DNA from: Phoronis australis | Lineage: Eukaryota; Animalia; Phoronida | Reading direction: 5' to 3' | Length of the DNA stretch: 64,000 bases | Assembly (NCBI GenBank): GCA_002633005.1 | Contig: NMRA01000280.1 | Span: 450,080-514,079 of the forward strand | Notes under the pieces: generated by a model | Seen by the model: the letters and a program-made list of their open reading frames with translations, nothing else | What the model was told of the DNA's origin: nothing | Database searches by the model: none | Made by a program: the position numbers and the translations under genes | In this document: in pieces, positions 48,828-60,800 of the stretch | How the letters are laid out: every line of letters starts with the position of its first letter | Numbering within the stretch: position 1 is the stretch's first letter

Positions 48828-51800
48828 GTTCGTGATCAGGGTGATTGGTTTAACTGCGATTGATTGTTCGTTTTTAAACATCCTGTAGTTGTGTGTCGTT
48901 TGTTATCTATGAGGAACAAAATTTTGGAAACTCTGCTTTGTTTTATTGAAATAATAGTAAGGTACAGAAAGTCGGGACTATAAACCCGTCAGACGTTAAG
49001 GCACCGTGTGGTTTAACCGTTTAGGCCTCTGCCTTATGAATCACAGGCGCCCTCGCTCAGCTTCTGATCGTCCCCAATACACTACATATTGGTAATTGTT
49101 TACAATATGACGACAATGACTTAGACATATGATTTTGGTATTGTTCGATTCCTCGCAATGTTATCTTTCTAAAAATATACTGGGGAGCCCAATGTTCGTC
49201 CGCCTAAGCATAAAACCGACTTGCTGTTGTACTCACCGAATTATTCCACTTCAAAGTTATGATCTGAATAGGATTCGATTTAACTCTCACAGATATACCG
49301 CATTCATCGATTCGGAAGTTTTCTTTAATTTGTGCCGAGTTATTTCAAATGTGCACTGCCTTCGGCAGCCATTTTATTGTGACACCTAAGTTCGTCATAT
49401 GCTGCCCCCTTTTGTAAAAACTGAGAAACATGCAGAAAAAGGCCAACGAAGTAATGAAAATTGCAACAGCCTGTTTTTATTGACATAAACTCGATTTGAA
49501 GCTTTGATGTTGAGCTCTGCACTGTGGTTTCCAATAAAAGCCAATTGGACAACATTTCAATGCAGTTTAATGGTGAATGCGTGAGGCAAAAATGTTAAGA
49601 ACCCAGCGTATCGCATTTGTCTGCGGATTTTTCCTTTGGCCTTCTAGATCCTACTAGTGCCTGGGAAAAACAGATACATTGCATAAACAAACCCTGGATC
49701 TTGTTTTGTGTCCCGTCGGAAGAAAATTTAAATTCGAAAACATCTTCTGAAAACGCACAAAAAAGTGTATTAGTAAAATCTACTGATTTTTAAGTGGTTT
49801 TAAAAAACAATCGGTAAACTCACCGATTTTTGTCTCATTACTTTGATACGTGTCTCTTCCGATAAGTTAGTACCTAACGTGCAGACGAGCACTCCAAATT
49901 GGAACGCTAAGTCCCGCGTGGTTGCGCTGCACGCGAAACAAGATGGCGGACGAACTTTGGAGCCTGACGAAAATAGGTAACCGGACTATATATGAATTGA
50001 TCCCCTACCGCGTTTCCTTCATATTTTATCATTCAGTTAGCACTATTTCCCGGTGGACACCGCCATGTTAGCTCAACTCAAGATAACAGCGACACCTATT
50101 GTTAGTGAATGAAACAGCATTATTGATTCTGAATGGTGGTTGCCCGCGCGAGATTCCCCCTAAAGTTTTCCTGACATAATATGGTGGAAGCACAAGTAGA
50201 AGCACTTTACCTTTTCCATTTTTTAGAATTGTGACCAATTTTCCATGAAATTGTCTGAAGTGATACTTTTTCACAAATCTGGACCTCAAAAACAACCTCC
50301 GCTTTTTTGGCAGATTTTTGCTAGCAGATGCGTATATCAGGGTCACCATAGGATCGAATTCGAACCCTTCGTTACGTAACTCGGGCAGGGGATTGACGGG
50401 TCTCGGTCAATTTGAACTTATGAAAAGCGACGATCTGCAAGTCGGTAGATTAGTTCAGTTTTTGACCGCCAGGTGACTCCTTATCCATTCAGCATGGCGG
50501 TTTCGCACCGAGTACCAGGAAATAGTGCGAGCAGAAATTTCACGATAAAAAACTAAGGGAACGGGGTAGGAGAAATTTCTGTGTATGTTTGGAAAGATAA
50601 CATTGCGAGGAATCGAACGATACCAAAATCATATGTCTAAGTCATTGTCGTCATATTGTAAACAATTACCTACATATTTAATACTACAAGGTATGACACT
50701 CAGGACTAGAAATTTCACGGGTGCTTCGATTCAGCCGTCCATATCAAACACAAAACTCAATAAATTAACACAAAACACGGTGTCCTGCTCCGCTGAGTTT
50801 GTAAGAAATTCGCGGTTAAAGTACAAAAATGTTCCCATAAAGCCCAAACACACCTAGCACTTTGACGGTTTGAGGTCAAGGACGGAACGGAAATTACCAA
50901 TGAGTTATGGTTGGACGGCGTTAATGATATTGTAAGAAAGAAAATTGCTCATGGTTTGTTGAACCGCTGTTTTGTGTAAATTTATTGAGTTTTGTGTTTG
51001 ATATGGATGGCTGAATCGAAGCACCCATGGAATTTCTAGTCCTGAATGTCATACCTTGTAGTGTATGTAGTGTATTGGGGACTTGATCAGAAGCTGAGGA
51101 CGCCTGTGGAATGAATTAGTACCAACAGTGACTCGACTAAATTCCTTAAAATATCGTATTGTTGAACTTTCCGAAACTTTGATTGTCATTTGTTGTGCTG
51201 TTTTAGTTCGTTTTGGCTTTGATACAAAGGGATTTCTATGTTGAATTATCAGTACTGAAAATAAGTAGAGATCATTTGAATGCAACATCCCTAATTTAAG
51301 CACTATCGATCTGAGGGCTGGACTTTTACTTACAATATTAGAAAATATGGGTAGTCAAAGAGGAGGTTAGAATAAAGAAAAAATGTCGTAAAAAGATTAC
51401 ACCTGTAAAGCATGACACAAAAATAAAAAGATTCAGGGAACTTATTTCGGTCCCCATTTGCAACTATTTTAGCAACCAGCACCGGGCTCTGACCTAGTCT
51501 GGGGAGATTATCTCTATTTTTGTAGCGTTGCCAACAGCCAGTGAGTTTACAGGTGAGGTCTTATGCCTGAGTATCAATGTTATAACTGCAATAACATACT
51601 GTTTAAATTTTAGGTTGCAATGGCTGCTGGTCAAGTGCTGTTTCAGCGTTTTTATTACTCAAAGTCTTTCGTGAAACATAATATGGAGGTATGTTGTCTT
51701 GAGAGGTCTCATNTTATCTTGAGTTGAACTAACATGGCGGTGTCCACCGGGAAATAGTGCTAACTGAAATTCGACGATAAAATATGAAGGAAACGCGGTA

Positions 51801-54800
51801 GGGGATCAATTCATATATTTTTGGAAAGGTGACAGCATGAGGAATCTAACGATACCAAAATCATATGTGCAACTTATTGTCATCATATTGTAAACAATTA
51901 CCCTAGAAATTTCACGGGTGCTTCGATTCAGCCGTCCATATCAAACACAAAACTCAATAAATTAACACAAAACATGGTGTCCTGCTCCGCTGAGTTTGTA
52001 AGAAATTCGCAGTCAAAGTACAAAAATGTTCGAATAAAGCCCAAACACACCTCGCACTTTGACGGTTTGAGGTCATGGACGGAACGGAAATTACCAATGA
52101 GTTATGGTTGGACGGCGTTAATGGTATTGTAAACTATTGTAAGAAAGAACAATTGCTCATGGTTTGTAGAACCCCTGTTTTGTGTAAATTTATTGAGTTT
52201 TGTGTTTGATATGGACGACTGAATCGAAGCACCCATGGAATTTCTAGTCCTGAATGTCCTATCTTGTAGTGTATGTAGTGTATTGAGGATGTGATCAGAA
52301 GCTGAGGATGCCTGTGGAATGAATTAGTACTAACAGTGACTCAACTAAGTTCCCTAAAATATCGTATTTATGATCTTTCCGAAACTTTGATTGTCATTTG
52401 TTGTGCTGTTTTAGTTCGTTTTGGCTTTGATACAAAGGGATTTCTATATTTAATTATCAGTACTGAAAATAAGTAAAGATCATTTGAATGCAACATCCCT
52501 AATTTAAGCACTATCGATCTGAGGGCTGGACTTTTACTTACAATATTAGAATTATGGGTAGTCAAAGAGGAGGTTAGAATAAAGAAAAAATGTCGTAAAA
52601 ATATTTCACCTGCAAAGCATGACACAAAAATAAAAAGATTTAAGGAACTTATTTCGGTCCCCATTTGCAACTATTTTAGCAACCAGCACCGGGCTCTGAT
52701 TATCTCTATTTTTGTAGCGCTGCCAACAGCCAGTGAGTTTACAGGTGAGGTCTTATGCCTGAGTATCAACGTTATAACTGCAATAACATACTGTTTAAAT
52801 TTTAGGTTGCAATGGCTGCTGGTCAAGTGCTGTTTCAGCGTTTTTATTACTCAAAGTCTTTCGTGAAACATAATATGGAGGTATGTTGTCTTGAGAGGTC
52901 TCATTTTCTTTTTTCCCTAAGTGTCCTTGATCTGTTAACTTGACAAACTGATGAAACTAGCGTCTAAATGGCCGTAGTCTCTTATGGTGGTCTCATTGAA
53001 TATGCAGTCAGCGCCCTTGATGCCTTGATTTTGGGGCATAGCAGTATTGACCCCCATCCCCAAATGAAAGGTGGGGTGATTTCTTCAACGTCCGATGCTG
53101 AGAAAACACTGAAGCCATCAATTCAAGATTGAGGTCACCCGAAATCCTCGGAAATGTTTGCTTTTGGAAATAACCTATAGGGGTCTTAAATTTCCAGGCA
53201 GCGCTTGATGTTTGACTTGCACTTCTGTAAGAAATTGTACCTGAACAAAAATCTTAATTAGCAGTCATGCTGATGGAGATAATGATTTGGCTTGTTGCAG
53301 AGGTCATGAACTTATTTTACTTTTTGCCCTACTTTATTTTGAGTGACGTGTTGGAATGTCATTGCAAACGACTTTGTGACATTACATCATGAAGAAAGTT
53401 ATTTTTTGCAACCTAAATGTGTGAGGAAAAACCCAAAATTGTCAAACTGGTTTGTCAGAAAAATAACTGTTTAATGTTCTAACATGATTTGCCATGTTTC
53501 TGTCTATAGATTGTGGCCATGGCCTGTATCAATTTAGCATCAAAAATTGAGGAAGCGCCCCGAAGAATTCGGGATGTCATCAATGTCTTTCATCACGTAA
53601 AGCAGATCAAGAATGGAAAGTAAGTAGCATGGTCTCGTTAATTTGTGTTGAGGATAACATGATCTCACAGACGGAACATTTTTAATGAAGCATGTCTGTA
53701 TGTCTGCCATGCATTATTTTGTTGTTCAGCTGTCCGTTTTTTATGACTGTGTGACTTACGAGTTTGAGAGAAATGATACTGGACAGCCTCTGTATACAAA
53801 ACATCACATGTACAATTGAGTGCATCTGTGCTGGTTGAAAACCTAGGATTAGAGTTCCGTAACTGTCATCATGTGGTTCTGAGCACCTTGATAGTAGATC
53901 TTTTGCGTTGTCCCTTCTTTACTTAGTTCTTTGTCTAAAATTGTTCCTAAAAAGTTGAACACTCTTTGTGTGGCTCTGTTCAGCAGTTGAGCTTACTTGA
54001 GGGTGTGCATTTCTAAATTCTGTTCTGTTGTGGTTGTTTGTTTGTTTGCTAATTAAGCTTTGATTTTCAGCCTACTGTAACGTTAAGCTATACACCATAA
54101 ATGTTTGATACTTGTGATTTCGTTACGTCTGCAAGTTCAGCTGTATTGCTGTGCAAATTTGACAACTACATGGTTTTCTCAATTCGCAGTGGAACCAATT
54201 TCAAACCATTGCCTATGGTGTATAGCTCCTTATGTCTGTTGGACCCAGCATTCACTGTCTATTTTTCTTTGTCTAGCTACTCGCCATGTGGTAACTGGAC
54301 AACGTTGGTCTCATGGACACTGCCCAGCACGCCACCTTTTGTCTGAAGGTATAAGCAGTATCAAGTCGGCCGTTCTTGCACACTGGTTGCTCACCCAGTC
54401 TCAGTGGAAGAGCAAGTTTAGAGACATAATGGTCTTCAGCTACTTCAGTATTAACCTCACAGTCTGTCTAAACGATTCGTCTTGTTAGTTATTGAGTACA
54501 CTTCAATTGTGAAGACGTGTGTTTTGGGTGACCTAATAGCCAGTAAAACCCAAATCTGCTTTTCTTAATTGAAGACATCACACTCTAAATATTTAAAATT
54601 AAAACTTCAGTGTTCAGTAAGATGCTGAGATGTCTAACACATACAGCGTAATGGAAGGAAAAGTGGATCATTCATTCTTGTAACATTCGCGAGTTTTCCA
54701 GGTTGATACTTGCATTGTATTTCTGCATGATCATAACCTAAAGTTGAACGCAAGTAATACGAACATTTGAACATTCTCTTCCTCAGTTTGGTTGAAATAT

Positions 54801-57800
54801 TCTACGACAATGATTTATCATTTGATCACCCGTTGAACTCCCCATTACAATTGTTGCCTGTGATTCAGAAACGTTTCAATGTGTCTACACTGTCTGTAGC
54901 CGTGCTACCATTTTTGCTGTCCTGGCCATTTCACATTCATTTGCCGTTGTTCCAACTTTTTTTTATAAAGTTTTTGATTTGAATCAACAGTATACCTACC
55001 TGTGCTGTATGAGTGTCAAGTGGTCTTTGTCACACCTTTCCCAGTACATTGTTTCATACACGTTCACTATAATGCTTGCACAGCTAATGATGTGTGAAAC
55101 ATTGCAGTTTCCTTTTGTTGTAAGACATCAATCATTTTAGAGTTGAATTATATCACAAGACCTTTCCTGCTGCATTGCAGTTGCCAGAGCTTGCTTTCTT
55201 TATTAATGAAATGGCTCCATCCCTTGAAAACTTTTTATGGCATAGACCAGGGACTTTGCTGTACTATGTTGGCATATAAGCGCATACAACTGCTTGTGCG
55301 TGTTAACTTCACCTTAGTTTTTATATTGGACAATTGGACAAGCTGTTGATGTCGGACAAAGACGAAGCTGAAGACAATCCCTGGTTGTAGCGACGGTTGC
55401 TGCAGTAGCCACCAACACGTCAAAGTTGTCTGTTCATGTTTGTCTGAAGTTTAATTCATAGAACGCGTTGATGGTGAACTATCATGTTTATCTGGTGGTG
55501 ATTTTTAACCGTGATCACACTCCTATAAGTCTACTGTCCATGCGCAAAAGATTGTGGTTATGAGGTTGTTGATGCATGCCAATACTTTACGGGTAGCGAT
55601 ATTGAAATCATTGAAGGGATGGGAGAGGCTAAACAGTTGTAGTGGGTTGACTATTCTATGAAACATACATATTTTTGCAGTCACCAGGTGGGCTGTATTC
55701 CCTTTTTTCTCTGTTTCATCTGCTCTAGTTATTACAACTTGACTATGGTATGTTCAGTACACAATGCATGTATCAATCTGAAGTGTCCGTTTATGGTCAT
55801 GAGCAGTAGTAGATCTGTTCAGTCATTCGTTTACTTGTAGTTTTCTTAATTACTAGAGTAGGCGTTTAACAACTTGAGACTGTGTTACCAAAGCTCCACT
55901 TTCAAATCTACCTGATAATGTTTCCACTTGTCTGTTTCAGAAAACATTCGAATTGTCAAGGCTCTGAAGGTTTTTCATTAGCAGATGGACTTCAAATGTC
56001 TGCTTTCAGTGTCATTTCTGGCTCCATAAACAGCTAAAGTAATAGAATTTGTGTTTTTCAGATGCAGTTCTCCGTTTTAAAGATGTCTGAAATCACAGAC
56101 TCTTTGTCTCGGATTTGTCGTTGTGATCTCGAGAAGATTCGTAAATGGTCACAAACATTTGCACTAACACATTTACTCTTCTTGGCCCTAGCTCGCCCTT
56201 TCTGTTCATGTCTGTCCAGGCAGGCCCATTTGCTGTTGCCAGAGTGTGTGGTGCCCGTTAACCCGAGTTCGACACACGCTCCGTCTCTGTTACAGAACCA
56301 TCCAGCCACTTATACTGGACCAGAACTACATCAATCTCAAGAACCAGGTGATCAAGGCAGAAAGGCGTGTGCTCAAGGAGCTGGGCTTCTGCGTTCATGT
56401 GAAACACCCTCACAAGGTGAGCTACATTTTGGTGGGAAGGGGGTGGTGGGGTGGTTGTGACTTACGAAAGTTTAACGACAGCACTTTCCAGTTTGTATGA
56501 AGTACCCAGTTGAAGAAGTGAAAACATGGCCTTGAGGATTTCGTTGATCATTTTCATTATTTTTTTGTCAATCATGCTTTTAGTTAAGTGAGGTATTGAC
56601 CTGAGAAAAATCAGTGTGCAAAGCATACATCAGGGCTCTGTTTGGTTTCGATTTCCTCTGATTTGATGTCCAGTTTTCTCTTTTTTATCATTATTTTACT
56701 TTATTCATGCTTTAAAATGTTCATTTCAGTTTTACAAAACAAAACATTATTTCTATCACAGAAGCCTGTTTATTTGTAGAGCGATATATCAGGTGGAAGT
56801 TTTTCCTCCCTTATGTCATTGTTCATTCCAAGCCCTGATACTTGGTGAAATGAGTGTATGACATTATTATGCCACAGTGATTTCACTGAATAATATGTGA
56901 TCTTTCTCTTGATAGATTATCGTTATGTACCTCCAAGTTTTGGAGAGTGAGCAAAATAAAAGGCTTGTACAGTGTGCCTGGTAAGTTGAAGTTTTGACTT
57001 TTCTTTAGAGCAAGCAAGGGTGCAAGCAGAACTTGGACCTCGAGTTTGTAATTCATCTGGTTTTTAACATAATCCACAAACAATGAAACACTTGATAAGT
57101 AATCAGTGGAACTCAATAATCCAATATTCTCATTTTGTTAGCTGTAATTTATATACAGTCATTGTTGGTTGAGAAGTTCTGCTTGCTTTTGATAATCCAA
57201 CTACACATTGCACAGGATATGTTAAATCTCCAGTTGAGTTCGGACTCGGTTAAGTTTTATATGCTGATCTTGTTTGCTAGTGCAAGAGGTAAACTTTGAA
57301 GAATAAGCTGTTAAAATTGTTAACTTACACTGCTCAGTTAGCTACCCAAGTCTGCTTGCATGCCTTTGAGTAACCTCGTCTAAGACCTGTGAAACCTGTA
57401 TTAATTACAATTATTTTTCCTTTTGCCTCACCAGCCTAGGTGGGTAAACTGTGCATTTGACTCGTGTAAGGAGATGTGAGCGCACAACGCCCTCTGGCGG
57501 TTCTCCTCACTGCAGACCAGTATGTGTGTGTGTGGACGTGGACGGGTTCTCTGCAACACAGTCAGCCCCTGCCACCTGCTGGACAACTCACCAGTGCCAG
57601 GTTCTACCTAAGCTGCGCTTCATCACCAGTGTTTCAATTTGATTCCTTGAATAAATGGCAGCATAAGCTGTTTGAAAAGTAGTTCACTACTGTGTAAAAC
57701 ACGAGCTCTTAATCTAATAGTTGAATGGGAAGGAAAGATGTGCAGTGATGTCAGATTTAACTTTCGCGCGAGTAACATGGATCTTGGAAAAACATTGTTT

Positions 57801-60800
57801 CAAACGTGGACTTGTATTTGGACAGAGGAAAATGCAGCTGTGGTGTCTAAATTTCTAAACGCTACTTCACCAATCACATGACATGATAGTAGATTCGGGC
57901 AGCTTACTTTGACGGGGGACGGCGGACTAACTGCTCACTCGTGTTGACCTGTTGAATGCAGACTTCTTTTGCAGCTCGGGGACATCTGGAACAGCTGAAG
58001 GGCAGAGAGCTGGTATACTTTTACTATTTTTGACGTCTTTAAGAAGTTTTTTGCACAGTTGACTACTCGGGTCTGAGGTAAAAGGAAAAATAATATTTTA
58101 CCAGTTTTAATTACACGGAATAAGTAGTTGGATTGTGTAACGAACTCCTGCAGATTCTACACGAAGTTATTGATTTTGGTTGGACAGAATGTCCGAAATG
58201 TCATGCTTGTAACTGCTTTTCCCTTTGGCCTTGTATTGGCGTGTACTATGTTAACCTTAAGTATGTTGCAGGAACTACATGAATGATAGCTTCCGTACTG
58301 CTGCCTTTGTGCAATACCACCCTGAAACAATAGCTTGTGCCTGTATTTACCTCGCCGCTCGCTCACTCAAGGTATGTGTGCACATGTCTACATTTAGTTT
58401 ACTCGAGACGAGTTGTAATAACCTCTCAACTTGAACTGGGGGGAGAGTGTATGTGCTGTAATTTCTGTGTGCCTGTGTGCGTGCGGGTTACTTGGTTACT
58501 TATTCAAGGATAATGCCCCCTGAACTATTTTCAGTTGGCTGTATTTACACCATGATAAAGGATTTTTTTCCGTGGACTCCTTGTCCTCTTACTTGATACA
58601 GTTACATTGTGGCTTAGTAGCAAAGGTTCCTTTTCAGTGTCCCGCAACTGAGTTGCAGTCACTGCTGTCTCCGTGCATATGACATGTGTTACAGCCCTTA
58701 TTATCATACACTTCCAATGGTTTCCATTTTCTTTCTCTGCAGATTGCTTTACCCAACAACCCACCCTGGTTTGCCATTTTTGGCGTTGCTGAAGCGGACA
58801 TCCAGGACATCTGCATGATGTTGTTGAAGTTGTATTCCAGAAAGAAGGTAAGCTATTGCTACTGTCTCAATTAAACTCGTGAAGATATTTTGAAACACGA
58901 ATATGATAAGTCGTAGCTTTGTATTTTGAAGTCTGTATATCCAGATGAAGACACTTGGAAGACCTTGCTTTCTCTTCCTTTGAGGTGATGTGAGGCCCAC
59001 GAAAAATGTCCGTATTTGGCTAACTTTGAAACATCATGTCTCCGAAATGGCTGGTGAATTTTTTAAAAGTTAAATTAAATTCTATGGTTTTGTAAATAAT
59101 TGGAAAAATGCACACACTTGGTGAGGTCTCATCTAAACCCAGTTGAAGTATTGCCAACTCTGAAGTGCTGCTGTCTTAGCTAAGATCCTGGTTGTTCTGA
59201 ATACCTTGTAACTTTATTAATCTTATCAAGTAGGGAATTACGATGAAAAATAATCGTGCCTATGTCACTGAAGTTATGGTGCAAATACTGAATAAAGAAA
59301 CGGAGAAGCTCAAAATAAAACTTTTTTGCTCATTGTTAAGGGAAAGTATTGGAAACTCCAGAACATTCTATGGTTGAGCATATTTTCAGACTTCTGTTGG
59401 CATTGGTAACTGTGATCGTATAGAATCGTTTCCTGTTTCTGTTCAGCCAAACCCCGAGCACCTGGAGTCCATTGTGAATGAGGCCAAGAAGATCCAGATC
59501 GAAGCCAAGTTGAAGGCCAAGGGCATCGTTTCGGCGAGCGTCACGCCCAACTCAACCTCAAGGCCTAGTACGTGACCACACTTAAGCAAACATCTCAGAT
59601 GGCTAAGGGCCTATGACAGTTGTGCTTTAATTGAGACTCGGTTATGAAGTGCACAAATCATATCAAATGCAACTTGATAGTTTTTATGTGAAAGTTTTCC
59701 CCACTATTGGCCAGTAGCTGATTATTGAAATAGCAGGCAGCTTGCTGTTGTAAAATGAACTGTCATATTCACATTTTTATTTTTTTTTCTGTCAGACACC
59801 CATTTTTATATTTAAAAGTAGCCAAAACAAAATAAAATAACCTGAATGCTTTTTGTAAGAGTTCACACATTACAGTTGGTTTGAGATATTGCCTGGCTCC
59901 AAAAACAGAAGTGCCTATTTCTTAAACTCTGCTTTTCATTGTGCCAACTGATATTGTTCTTATTATTGACAAAATATTACTGAACTACTGGCAGAGCAAA
60001 TGTGCATTCCACTGACCTTGATCATCTTGTTTTCTTATATGGAAGGGCAGAAACACATGTTATTCTAGCTTTGTTTTGCATCCTTAAAGTATGACTGACC
60101 AGTAAGACTTTATGTAGGTAAACCATGTATTGAAAGACTGCTTTGAAGGATTCACTCGCGTTTGTGGAACTGTCACATTCCGTAAATGATATCTGTGACC
60201 ATGAATTGTTCAATTTTCCAGACTCGCCGAAAGGTGCCAGTCCACTCCCTGCCAGTAATCTCAGTCTCAAGAAATTAAAGAACGAGGGCACATTCTCGGA
60301 CCATAGCAATGAGTAAGTGGAATTAGGTTGCTCTCAGTTGCTATGGAGAATGATGTGAAGGTTGGAAACATTGTTGATTCGATTTGATATGATGTAGATG
60401 GTTTATATTTGTGATGCGGGTTTAACTGCTAAATGGTGTGTAGATTTCCTGGCATTTTTTTCTAAAGGTATTCCTTGCGACACCAGAGTCAGCATTACGT
60501 GGGGGAAATGGGGAAGTTCAAATATAATGTAACTGCATACAGGTTAAGAAATGATGGATGAAATCGTTCTATTGCAGTGCCAAGGAAAACCATATTTCTC
60601 GTAAAAAAGACCGAAGCAATAGCAGAACTCCACGGGCTTACAGCAAGAATAGGTAAGTTTGGATATTTCATATATGTCTCTATCGCAGCCAAAAAATTTT
60701 TGGCGTTTTTGCTATGCTGCTTCTAACTAGTGACCACTTGATGTTAGTCATTGGGTCTGGGTCCTCGAAGAAACTGCTGGCTTTTGCCAAAATTCAGAAA

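Larger units (their letters stand above)
50481..52902. repeat. About 1.2-kb duplication split by the N at 51713 (probable haplotype overlap)
   Basis: About 50481-51712 is repeated as 51714-52902 with SNPs and indels; it includes cyclin L exon 2. Confidence 0.8.

Noticed and set aside
51614-52880. Mutually exclusive exon pair in cyclin L
   Set aside because: The exons are identical, the flanking introns are duplicated too, and the junction is a single N like the other artifacts.
55330-55460. C/D box snoRNA in cyclin L intron 3
   Set aside because: Only a degenerate C box, and no terminal stem or recognisable guide.
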